A DNA stretch of 64,000 nt from Octopus vulgaris (taxonomy: Eukaryota), in contig OX597824.1 in assembly GCA_951406725.2 (NCBI GenBank), positions 7,254,001-7,318,000 on the forward strand. Direction: 5' to 3'. A model generated the notes under the pieces. That model searched no databases. It saw only the letters and a list, made by a program, of their open reading frames with translations, and had not been told where the DNA came from. This document shows positions 25,938 through 37,868 of this stretch, piece after piece; the first letter of the stretch is position 1, and every line of letters begins with the position of its first letter. The translations under genes and the position numbers were made by a program.

Positions 25938-27808
25938 TTAATGTTAGAGGCACACTAAAATGCATCCAATCCATGCCGAGGGTAAAATGGTTGGCAAATA
26001 GGAAAGGTTGCTGGGGGTCAAATAGTTGGCAGATAGGAAGGACCACTCAGCTGGAAAACTAAAACCATGCCAAAAAACAAACACACACACCAGGAAAAAA
26101 AAAAAAAAGAAAGCATCACACACACACACACACACAATAATAAAGTTTGGGTATTTTTCTCAGTTGCTGTCTGTCTGTGCCAGAGGGTGAATGACCCGCA
26201 GCATGTTATGAAATGCTGTAAAACCCATCGAACGCATGTCGACATGGAAAAACAAATGCTAGATGATGCAGATGAGGAGGAGAGCAAATATTGTCATCGT
26301 CGTCATCGCCGCTACCACCACCACCACCACCACCACCATTTGATTGAGCTGAAGCTTAATCATTTGGCTTCTGTGATTTTCCTAAATGATATTCATCAAA
26401 GGTAGCAAATTGGTAGGATCGCTAGGGCATGGGATGAAATACCTTGTGGTATTAACACCATCTCTCTCTCTCTCTCTCTGCCCTCAGACTTCAAATCCAA
26501 CCAACTTTGCCCATTCATCTTTTTTTGGCAGGGGTCAATAAAGTGCTAGTCCAGCAAAAGGGTTGATTCTATTATCCAGCCATAAAAGCCATGCTAAAAG
26601 AGATACTGCAGCCTGATGCAGTCCTGGGGACCATTAGATCCTATCAGATCAGCCAACCATGCCATAATGGAAAATAGATGTTAAATGATGATGATTATGA
26701 TGATGATGATGATGATGATGATGACGATGACGACAATGATGATGATATCTAGGACCACAATATATATATTATATCTTTTTATCTACTTATGGTCTCAACC
26801 AACACTAATAAATATTGCTGATTATTGAGACTTACTAGAGTCAGTGAATGGTAAATCATGCCTCCTCCTTTTAGGTATGATTTGAGGGAGATTGAGCAGT
26901 TGTTTCTAATGTATCAAGCAACAGTGTAGAGATTCCCTCGTTGGCTTGACCTATTGCAGTTACTGTTTAGCAGCTGGATAAAGAAATAGTAAGAGAGGAC
27001 GAAAGGCAGTTCTTAACAGTAGCTAACTACGAGCTGGTAATCACCAGTTTTGGTTGTTCGAAAAGGGGGAAAAGGACAAGACACTGTATTTTACATGTCT
27101 GTACCATTCTTTTGTAGTGTTAGCATTTGCATCAAAGAATCTCTCAGGCATCTTCTTGTGAGAAAACGAAATAAAACCGACAGATTTATCACAATGAAAA
27201 TTTGTGACAAACCAAATAATTCTGGTAAACTGGTAGAACCCCGTGTAATTGTTGTCATTTAGTCCCAGGTCAGTACTGATCAAGCGAAACTGTGATCAAA
27301 GACATTCCAACATTGACCATCCTCTCTTTTTCTATCTCCACAACTGCATTACCCATTTAAAAATTTTTTTTTTAAAATGCAGTAGGTTGTAATTCAAGAG
27401 AGATTAAGGCTGTTAATTCTAGTTAAGTCAAGCGAGCACACAGAGAGTCTCCCTGTTGGCTCATACTAAACTGATTTTCTATCTACTATGTCAGTAGATC
27501 CACTTTCTCCATAGCAGCTTGATACTTTACCATTCCAATAAGCTAGCTATAGGCCAAGGAATTATTTCAAAAGTCACTTGGCTATTCATTTAGAATCACC
27601 AATATCAGTTGGCTCTTATTCTGCTTTCATTGCAGAGCAAGACCAAGCGGCTGTCATTGGTAATTTCAAAACCATCTCTTGACAAGAACTATTCGCATCC
27701 AAAACAGCAATCACAGGTTTGTCCAAAACATTCTTAAATCTGAAACTCTAAGACAACAATCCTCACCAACTGTGCATATATGGATGCAATTTAACAAATC
27801 AACACCAT

Positions 27809-28180
27809 TCAAGTGTGATGGTTATCTACGTCGCCTTACTGGCACTTGTGCTGGTGGCATGTGAAAAAACATTCAAACGAGGTCGTTGCCAGTGCCGCTG
27901 GACTGGCTCCTGTGCAAGTGGCACATAAAAAGCACCAGTGAGTGTGGCCACTGCCAGTACCGCCTGAGTGGCCCTCATGCCGGTGGCACATAAAAGCACC
28001 CACTACAATCTCAGAGTGGTTGGTGTTAGGAAAGGCATCCAGCTGTAGAAACTCTGCCAGATCAGATTGGAGCCTGGTGCAGCCATCTGGTTCACCAGTC
28101 CTCAGTCAAATCGTCCAACCCATGCTAGTACGGAAAGTGGACGCTAAATGATGATGATGATCATCATCATCATCATCATT
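27809..28180 (+). mobile_element. SINE-like family B
   Basis: Three internal modules, then the conserved 3' part and GAT/CAT tail. Confidence 0.9.
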
Positions 28181-28424
28181 TAAGGTCCACTTTGTTGAGG
28201 CACGTCTTTTATGATTCGATGCTCTTCCCGTTGCCAACCCTCACCTGTTTCCAAACAACGTAATATTTTCCAAAAGCTAGACATGTCCCTCATAGCAGAA
28301 GTGAACAACACCACTCGTATAACAGATATGCTCATTTACAGCCTTCCACACAATATCAAGACAAGTGTACACAAACACACACACACGCACACACATACAT
28401 GCTCCATCAATCATATCAATTTAT

Positions 28425-28804
28425 TCTTTTATTCTTTTATTTGTTTCCGTTATTTGACTGTGGCCATGCTGGGCACCGCCTTTAGTCGAACAAATTGACC
28501 CCAGGACTTATTCTTGTACTTATTCTATCGGTCTATTTTTCCAAACTGCTAAGTTACAGGGACATAAACATGCTAACATCGGTTGTCAAGCGATGGTGAG
28601 GGACAAACACAGACACAAACACACACACATATATACGACAGGCTTCTTTCAGTTTCCGTCTACCAAATCCACTCACAAGGCTTTGGTCAGGCTGAAGCAA
28701 TAGTAAAAGACACTTGCCCAAGGTGCCACACAGTGGGATGAGAACCTAGAAGAACCATGTGATTGGTAAGCAAACTTCTTACCACACAGCCCCTCCTGCA
28801 CCTA
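28425..28804 (-). mobile_element. SINE family A, full length
   Basis: Reverse-complement match to 17956-18432. Confidence 0.88.
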
Positions 28805-29814
28805 TTTGTAAGGTTTTGGTTAACTCAGGGTTATAGTAAAAGGAGTTGCACAGTAGGACTGAACCAGAGACCAAATGGTTGGAAGAGCAAGGTTCCCAAC
28901 CATATAACCATGCCTGCACTTATGACCGCGTCTGCTCCTACTGAATAAAGATTCTCTAAAATTTCAGGAAACATGCATTTCAGAGATTAAAAAGGGATGG
29001 GAGCGTCACACAACAAAAATGATGAATGTTTAATGAAATTTAATTAAAAACGTAATCACTGCAATAAATGTTTTTTTTTAAACTGGCACAGGAAACCATT
29101 GAAGAAATATTAGAGAATTTCACTCAAGCCTGAAAACATTCCAATAAACGTTTGTAGAAACTACAGAGAGGTGTGTCAAGCTCAAAATACAGTCTGTTGT
29201 ACCTGTAAGTGTCAGCCAGAACACAGGATGAAGGTATTTCTTCAGACACAATGTAAATCTCCGAAATAAGATTTAGTTTCCTCGAACAGCGGATGTACGA
29301 GGAAAACCATTCCCAAGAGATTTTAATCGCTGGAAGCAATATAGTCAACTACATTCGCATGTAATACGTTGGGTTTGGTGAGTATGTTAGAAAGTACCAC
29401 ATGGCATTTATGATCAATGCTGCAATAATTTTGCTAATCCACAAACTGCATAACAGTATTAGTAATGGTTTCGGATTTTGGCACTAGGCCAGCAATTTTG
29501 AGTAGAGGTGGGGGAAAGTCAGTTACAGCAGCCCCAATGCTTTAATGGTACTTTATTTTTACATTATTTATATTATTTACATTGTTTGTTGTTAACACAA
29601 TGTTTCAGCTGATATACCCCTCAGCCTTCATCAGGTGTCTTGGGGAAATTTCGAACCTAGGTTCTCATTCCTAAGGTATTTTTCGCTGTTATTATTATTA
29701 TCATTATTATTATTGTTGTTGTTGTTGTTGTTCAGGTCACTGCTTGGAATCGAACTGGGAATCTTGAGGTTAGTAGCCCACATTCTTAACCATTACATCA
29801 TATGCCCATGGGCT

Positions 29815-29885
29815 ATGGCGTAGTGGTTAAGAGTGCAGGCTACTAACCCCAATATTCCGAGTTCAATTCCAAGCAGTGACCTGAA
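29815..29885 (+). pseudogene. tRNA-like head (anticodon-loop-like CTACTAA), not a functional tRNA
   Basis: A box TGGCGTAGTGG, B box GAGTTCAATTC; poor acceptor stem; mirrored at ~29730-29802. Confidence 0.7.
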
Positions 29886-29899
29886 CAATAACAACAACA

Positions 29900-29951
<52 letters not shown>

Positions 29952-30003
29952 CAACAGAGAAAAATACCTTAGGAATGAGAACCCAGGTTCGAAATTTCCC
30001 CAA

Positions 30004-30049
30004 GACACCTGATGAAGGCTGGAGGGTATGTCAGCCGAAATGTTGTGTT
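30004..30049 (+). ncRNA. Minimal type-I hammerhead ribozyme motif (this copy degenerate)
   Basis: GACAC-CTGATGA-A-GGCTG..CAGCC-GAAA-TGTT-GTGTT; family consensus GAAACGTT. Confidence 0.65.
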
Positions 30050-30292
30050 AACAACAAACAAGATGAGGATAAATATCCATCAAATGTAAATAATGTAAAT
30101 AATGTACATAATTCCTCATCTCTTAAATATAGAACTGTACTTCATTTTTATCAATCTTCTCCCCAAAATAATGAAAGGCAAAGTCAACCTCTGGAGAAGT
30201 TGAAATCAGAGCCTAAAATGTTGGAAGAAATGCAGGTCAGTGTCTTGGCCAGCATGCAGACGGTCCAGCAGGCTGGTCACCTTAATAGTAAT

Positions 30293-30693
30293 AATCCTTT
30301 CTACTATAGGCACAAGGCCTGAAATTTTGGTGGAAGGGGCTAGTCGACAACCCCTGCCCCCAGTACTTGACTGGTGTTTATCTTATCGACCCTGAAAGGA
30401 TGAAAGGCAAAGTCGATCCCAGCCAAAGTTTGAACTCAGAACATGAAGCCAGAGGATATGCCTATTTCTTTACTACCCACAAGGGGCTAAACATAGAGGG
30501 GACAAACAAGGACAGATAAACAGATTAAGTCAATTATATCGACCCCGTGCGTAACTGGTACTTATTTAATTGACCCCGAAAGGATGAAAAGCAAAGTCGA
30601 CCTCGGCAGAATTTGACCTCAGAATGTAGCAGCAGACGAAATACCGCTCAACATTTCGCCCGTTGTGTTAACAATTGTGCCAGCTTGCCGCCT
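30293..30693 (-). mobile_element. Two adjacent family C SINEs
   Basis: GAAAGGATGAAAG/AGCAAAGTCGA motif twice (~30395 and ~30580). Confidence 0.85.
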
Positions 30694-30719
30694 GAATAAT
30701 GATGATAATGATGATATTA

Positions 30720-31611
30720 CAATATTCTTAAGTGGACACTAAATGAACTAACCAAAATAGATAGGAAAACAAGAAAAATAATGACAGGATCTAGGATGCA
30801 CCACCCAAAATCTGACATAGAAAGGCTATATATACAATGTATAGAAGGTGGTAGAAGCCTTATACAGCTGGAAAACTATTATAAAATAACCACCATAGGA
30901 CTGCAAAAATACTTCAGAAGGAAGGAAAACTAATACAAATAGCGGCAAAACACGAGCAAAACAAAAAACTGTTTTCAGTATTTAAGGAAGCTAACAAATA
31001 CAAACAAGAAGTCATACTACCTAACAAATATGAAGAAGAAGAAGATGAAGAAACAACAAAAGCTATAAAAAAAATGAAATCCAAACTAAAAATAGAACAG
31101 CAATGAACCATGATAAAACGATGGCAAGAAAAGCCCCTTCATGGTAAATACTGCACTAAACTAAACGCAAAAGAAATAGACAAAGAAAAATCCCAGCAAT
31201 GGTTGAGAAGCTCAGGACTCAAAGCAGAGACAGAGGGATTTTTAATTGCAGCACAAGACCAAAGCCTCCCCACCAGAAATTACCAAAAACATGTAATGAA
31301 AAGAAATATAACAAGTAACTGCAGAATATGTGGAGATGGACAAGAAACAATAAATCATATTATCTCTGGCTGCCCAGTGCTGGCTAAGAAGGAATATATT
31401 CACAGACATGACAGAGTTGGAACCTACATACATTGGAAGCTATGCCAACATTATGGAATAACAACAGAAAAAAGATGGTATAGGCACACACCAGAAAAGG
31501 TCACAGAAAACGAGAAAGCAACCATACTCTGGGATATGCCAATACACACAGATAGAGAAATTAAGGCCAACAGACCAGATATAGTTGTCAGAGATCATGA
31601 AGAAAAAAATG
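30720..31611 (+). mobile_element. R4/Dong-clade non-LTR retrotransposon fragment (post-RT linker, CCHC knuckle, start of restriction-like endonuclease), disabled
   Basis: IDRKTRKIMT..HHPKSDIERLY..GGR; LHGKY; ETEGFLIAAQDQ; CRICGDGQETINHIISGC; RHD; RPDIVV; frameshift near 30912 and stop at 31103. Confidence 0.92.
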
Positions 31612-32340
31612 CTCCTGAGTATGTCTGTGTCTCCCTTTTATATTTGTGTTTGTCTCTCACTACTTGACAACCAATGTAGGTTTGTTATCATCCCTGTAAC
31701 TTAGCAGTTTGGTGAAAGAAACTGATAAGTATGAGGATTTAATGAAGAACTATGATTAATTTGATGAAAAACCTTCAAGATAGTGCCCCAGCATGGCCAA
31801 AGTCTAGTGATTAGAACAAATGAAAATGTAAAAAAGTATATTTGTGAAAATAAGGAATTTTCAATTGGTATGGCCTTCTTGATTAGCTAATTAATTAATG
31901 CATTTAACTCAATTAAACAGCTCAGATGATTCATTACAAAATGAATAAAATGAATCTACATAATTCTTTGAAGAATTCTTTCTCCACAAATGCTATACAG
32001 ATTCCAGCCCATGACAGAGTTTCTATGTGTTTACTTGTCTTGCGAGACATAGCAGCCAAGCCTCACTCAAATCAGGTGCTACAAAATAAATGTCTGTCTT
32101 TCTATCATTATTCAGTTTTATTTCAAGATTTCTTGCCAATAGAGAAAGAGCTGGTTTCTAACCTAGATCCAAGGCTCCTTCATTGGAATTCCAACAGCAA
32201 CTACAGGGTATTTTTGCACATATGTAAATGTGCACTCAAAGAGTGTAGTGGATGCTTTTTACGTTCCACCGATTTGGGAGCCTGTCAGGTAGCACAGGCA
32301 TCAACCATGCTTGAATGGTACCTTTTACATTCCACCAGCA

Positions 32341-32730
32341 TCATCATCATTGTTCGACCGTGGTTGAGACAATGGAATTTACCATGCTACGCCAGACTTC
32401 ACAGTCCATCATGGCATTACGGAGGTCCTGTTGCTGGATGCCTGTATCCCTGGAGATTACATCAGGGTAGGAGAGTGAGCGCCCTCTGGTATTGCGAGCA
32501 GATGGCTTCCAGAGGAGAAGAGTAGAAATTACCTCGTTTTCAGCTCTACAACAATGTCCAGCAAACTGGACTCTTCTACCTTTCACAAGAGATGATACAG
32601 GTGGTAGTTTCCCATATATTTGTACTTTGGTTGGATGACGCTTCCATGAGAGATTTTGAGCTCTCATAAGGAGGCAAGTGTAAGTTCCATCCAACCACCT
32701 CTCAAGCTTTTTTGATAACATCCAAGTTTC
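32341..32730 (-). mobile_element. RTE/RTE-X-like LINE 3' fragment nested in a family B copy
   Basis: LDGTYTCLLMRAQNLSWKRH...RRVQFAGHC...LLWKP...RGR...W C-terminus; (TGA)n tail; TSD ATTCCACCAGCA at 32329 and 32807. Confidence 0.88.
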
Positions 32731-33391
32731 AATTTACACTTACTACAAGATAGACTTAGCCAAAGTGGGATTTTATATACCTCAAATTGTGTAGGTCTTT
32801 ACCTCAATTCCACCAGCACAGGTACCAGTCAGACAGCAATGGTACTGACCATGCTCAAATGGTGCGTTTTACATGCAAGTCAGGTGGCACTGGCATCAGC
32901 CACAACTATGACTTCACAGCAATCAACAGGTCTTCTCAACTCTACAGGTATATATAAAATCCCACTTTGACTAAGTCTATCTTGTAGCAAGCATAAATTC
33001 TGTATCAAGGCTACTTTTTAGCTTTGGTATGAATTGAACCTTTGGTCTAATATCTCTACCTTCTTTTGGGCTTCTCTTAGATTTTCTTCACACTGTCATT
33101 GAGTTCGTTCTTTCAATAAACAGCTAAAAATTAAGTTTACCCTTGAATCTTGATGTTATGTCTTAAAGAAGGTCACTTTGTAACCACGTAGTTTTGAGTT
33201 CAAGCCCAGTGCATGGTACCTTGGGCAAGTGTCTCGTACTATATTTCTGGGTCAACCAATTCCTTATGTGTGCCTTTGGTACATGAAAACTATGTGGAAT
33301 CCCCTTGCACACATACTCACATATATATAAAAACAAAGAGTTATTAATGAAACATTATTAATCTGGGCAAAATGCTTTATTAGCTCTCTGT

Positions 33392-33730
33392 TAGGTGGGG
33401 TGGGGGCTCTGAAAGGGGTCTTAGGGAGTAGCATCCCTGCCTTCCTGAGCTAGTTTTCCACCACATTTCTTAAAAATTATGGTAGAGGCCTTGGTCTTGG
33501 GACCACTCATGTCTAGAAACTGAGGTTTGGGGTAAGCAAGGGCATGCTCCCTGTAGAAAATTCAGCTCCAAAAAAAGGCTCATAATAACAAAGGAGAATT
33601 GGCACTAGCCAGCCCAAGGGTTAGGGTGGGCTGCACCTGCCTACCTCAGTTGCTATGGCATTGAGGTAGACCTGGTCACCCCCATTAACAGGGACAAAAC
33701 CCAGATTTTAAACACTGGAGGGGGTAAGAG
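33392..33730 (+). mobile_element. Unclassified GC-rich structured repeat, SINE or LINE-UTR-like
   Basis: GC-rich block with hairpins, GGTAAGCAAGGGCATGCTCCCTGTAGAAA motif resembling family B, followed by a GAG/GGT/GAT tail. Confidence 0.45.
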
Positions 33731-33780
33731 GAGGAGGAGGATGGTGGTGGTGATGGTAGTGGTGATGGTGATGATGGTGG

Positions 33781-33811
<31 letters not shown>

Positions 33812-34635
33812 GATGATGATGATGATGATGATAATGATGATGATGCAAATACACCAGGTGGACAAAATTTTCAGATTAGTAAAAAGCTCTGTGCATTCTT
33901 TTGGCAGGGTCTGAGGTTAGAGTTCATCACCATTTCTATATTGTAAATCCATGGTTCTATTCTCAGAACAGTCTTTTACACAGAGTGAGATACAAGGCAA
34001 GGCACAAATAATGGTCCTTGCATATTCTTTGACTGTAGTAAATTTGACTTACAGCCGGATGTACTACAAGAAATGAATAAGTAATGACTGTTATTTATAC
34101 ATTGTCTTGTATCATCCATACACACACACACACCCATGCACACACACTCACATGTATGATTACTGTTTGTATTTTGATATTGCTCATGTCGGCAGTAATA
34201 AATGTGTCTGGCTGCTTGGGCCGTTTGTGGTGTGAAAGACCAAAGGAATAAGTACTTTACTTGGACAGAAAGGATGGATATCCATCAAGTGAATGCTGCA
34301 TCAAGTTTTGTCCAATGCAGTCCATGGAAAAAAGTGGATGTAAAAGTGATGACGACGATGATGATGATGATGATGATGACAACAACGATGATGATGGTGG
34401 TGGTGATTATGGTGGTGATGATGATGATGATGGTGGTGATTATGAAGATATAATGCAGAATATCTTCAAGAATTTTGTACTTTTATGTGTGGCAGACAGA
34501 AATTAAATTCTGTCTCCGATAAGCATTATAGATGTACATTTATGCTTCTTATCTATTTTTCTAAATATTTAGAACTATGACAATTATGCAGATGATATTC
34601 AGCCAGTCACAGAAACAAAGAACAGCAATACAAGT

Positions 34636-34670
<35 letters not shown>

Positions 34671-34700
34671 AAACAAGTAAAAGTGTATATATATATATAT

Positions 34701-35107
34701 ACTCTTTTACTTGTTTCAGTTATGTGACTGTAGCCATGCTGGAGCATCGCCTTTAGTCAAGCAAATCGACCCCAGGACTTATTCTTTGTAAGCCTAGTAC
34801 TTATTCTATCGGTTCTCTTTAACTGAACTGCTAAGTTATGGAGACGTAAACACACCAGCATCGGTTGTCAAGCGATGGTTGGGGGGGACAAACACAGACA
34901 TACAAACATATACACACACACACATACATATATACATATACATATATACTACGGGCTTCTTTCAGTTTCCGTCTACCAAAACCACTCACAAGGCTTTGCT
35001 CGGCCCGAGGCCATAGTTAAAGACACTTGCCCAAGGTGCCACGCAGTGGGACTGAACCTGGAACCATGTGGTTGGTAAGCAGGCTACTTACCACACAGCC
35101 ACTCCTA
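34701..35107 (-). mobile_element. SINE family A, full length
   Basis: Reverse-complement match to 17956-18432. Confidence 0.9.
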
Positions 35108-35254
35108 TATCATTATCATCATCATTGAATGTCCATTGTCCATGCTGGCATGGGTTGGACAGTTTGACCGGGCTGGCATGCTCGAAGGTACCAACAGGTC
35201 GAATGGTGATCGGCAGTGATGAAATAGTGGAGGTAAAGGAATACATACATATAG

Positions 35255-35637
35255 GAGACCTATTGAGTCAAGTACGTCAACATCAAAATAAAAATCAAGT
35301 GGAAATTGTAGTTAAGACACCCGTGCCGGTGACACGTAAAAAGCACCGTCCAAACGTGGCAGATGCCAGCGCCGCCTGACTGGCATCCATGTCAGTGACA
35401 CATAAAAGCACCAACCGATCGTGGCTGCTTGCCAGCCTGCCTTGGCCCCTGTGCCGGTGGCACGTAAAGAACACCCACTATACTTATGGAGTGGTTGGCG
35501 TTAGGAAGGGCATCCAGCTGTAGAAACTCTGCCAAATCAGACTAGAGCCTGGTGCAGCCTCCATGGCTTACCAGATGCCGGTGAAACCGTCCAACCCATG
35601 CTAGCATGGAAAACGGACGTTAAATGATGATGATGAT
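35255..35637 (+). mobile_element. SINE-like family B
   Basis: Three modules, conserved 3' part, GAT tail. Confidence 0.88.
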
Positions 35638-37015
35638 ATATATATATATAATGTGCTTCTTTCAGATTCTATCAACTAAATCCACTCAGTTTGGTGGGGC
35701 ATGAGGTTGTAGTAAAAGACCTGCACCAGGGTGACATGCAGTAGAATTGAACCTAAAACGCTGAAGTTGGAGTAGTTAACTTTTTAACCACGCAGCTATA
35801 CTTGCCGTAGACACAATGAGAACAGAATGAACAATATGAGAAAGTAATTTTTGCAATCAAGAATTGCAAAATCCATTATTAAATTAACAGTAAATTAATA
35901 TTCTTGATTATTAAATGATTAAAGCCAGTGACATACAGCTCGGATTATTCATTAGCAACCAAACATAACAAATTTTTGCAACTCAGCCGGATTTTATTTC
36001 TTTGGAAAAATACATTTCTCCAAAAATGTTAGGAATTTCCAAAAGAATGACAGTGCATCCTTCTGACTACAGGGCTTGGCCAGCAAGAAATAGCAATGAA
36101 ATTACCCTGAAATGAGACCATACTAACTTAAAAGCAAGTAGATATAAAGTATTTGAGATTTGCAAACAGGGATAGATTCTATTACAAACGGAAAGTCTTT
36201 GATCACAGGTCTGCTAGAACAGGATTGACCTAGGGTTAAACAAGAGCACCATATACATCAGCAGCAGCAACCGTTCAAGAATTCGGACCTGGAGATCTCC
36301 ATTTCCAGCGACTTCAAGGGCCACCTCCCAGTGGTATCAGGTGCCAATGAAGAGCCCTTGACTACAAGACTACCAAAGTTTTCTTTTTCTTCCAAGGTCC
36401 GGGGTCTCCCGCCCCTAAGACTTAGACCATCACCTAATCAACCTTACCCGTCTTGTTGCTTAACAACAACAACAACAACAACAATCAGCAGCATCATTAT
36501 CATCATCATTTTTAAGATCAACTTTTCATGCTTGGATGGGTCAGATGCAGTTCACTGAAGCAGTTTTTCTGTGACCCGATGCCTTTCCTGTTCCTAACCT
36601 TCACCAGTTTTCAAACAAAGTAAGACGTCTCCATGACAGACAAATGTTTTCACAAAAGATTAGAAATGAAGTGACATATAACTACAACTATCGCTTGGTG
36701 TCAAAACAGGAAAACACAAATAGACACACACACAGTTATGTGTGTGTGTGTGTTTAAATATATGCGTGTTCGTGAGTGTCTGTGTGTGTGCATATATATA
36801 TCAGTGATGTGTGTGTTCCTTCTCTGTTAGGAGGCACAAACACACACATACTTATACACATGATGGTAATTTCTGCCAATCAAATTCAACCAGAAGGCTT
36901 CGGTTGGCCTGTGGTTACAGCAAAAGACACTTGCCCAAGGTGCCACACACTGGGACTGAACCTGAGACCATGTGATTACAAAGCAAGTTTCCTAACCACA
37001 CAGTTATGCCTGTGC

Positions 37016-37058
<43 letters not shown>

Positions 37059-37063
37059 AAGAT

Positions 37064-37613
37064 TCATCATCATCATCATCATCGTTTAACGTCCGTTCTC
37101 CATGCTAGCATGGGTTGGACAGTTCGACCAGGGTTCTGGGAAGCCAGAAGGCTGCACCAGGCTCCAGTCTAATCTGGCAATGTTTCTACAGCTGGATGCC
37201 CTTCCTAACGCCAACCACTCCGTGAGTGTAGTGGGTGCTTTTTACGTGCCACCTGCACAGGTGCCAGGCGGGGCTGGCAATGGCCACGGTCAGATTGGTG
37301 TATTTTATGTGCCACCGGCACGGAAGCCAGTCGAGGCGGTGCTGGCATCGGCCACGAGTCGGATAGTGCTTTTTACGTACCACCAGACCAGGGATCCTGG
37401 CTGGTTCAATTCGATTTCGATTTCGCTTGCCCCAACATGTCTTCACAAGCAAAGGGGGTTGGCATGGGTGCCTGTTGTACGGTCGCATTGGAGTATTTTA
37501 CGTGCCACGGCCGCGAGTCGGATAGTGCTTTTTACGTACCACCAGACCAGGGATCCTGGCTGGTTCAATTCGATTTCGATTTCGCTTGCCCCAACATGTC
37601 TTCACAAGCAAAG
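37064..37613 (-). mobile_element. SINE-like family B with internal direct duplication
   Basis: About 100-bp block repeated at 37355 and 37514. Confidence 0.85.
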
Positions 37614-37826
37614 GAGGGAGATAAATTAATATTAATTTTAATATCAATTTAAAACCAGTAGTCCAGCATTCAAAAAATCTGAGGAGTCAGAGAAAATTCA
37701 AATATATGTGTATATTGGCAGGGCTGGCCTGCTAGGTAGCCGGCCAGAATGCTAGAAATAGATCATAAACGATCAAACTACAAGGGAAATTCTCTAGAGG
37801 AAGAATTCAGCGAACACCAGAACCAA

Positions 37827-37868
<42 letters not shown>

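Larger units (their letters stand above)
29560..30139. mobile_element. Palindromic element: head-to-head pair of [tRNA-like head - (AAT)n - Penelope-type hammerhead tail]
   Basis: Arms are reverse complements about the centre GCCCA|TGGGC (29808/29809); inserted inside a family C-like SINE. Confidence 0.85.

Noticed and set aside
27104-27156. Micro-exon candidate KMPERFFDANANTTKE on the minus strand
   Set aside because: AAG acceptor and weak donor; no independent support
29815-29885. Functional tRNA-Ser(ACT) gene
   Set aside because: Poor acceptor stem, no variable arm, no T-run terminator; it is the head of a repeat
33641-33669. let-7-like hairpin (TGAGGTAG opposite CTACCTCA)
   Set aside because: Only 8 nt match let-7; wrong arm; stem too short for a pre-miRNA
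36270-36460. Possible decayed RTE 3' end on the minus strand (GRPR...RWKWRS)
   Set aside because: Needs several frameshifts; too degraded to call
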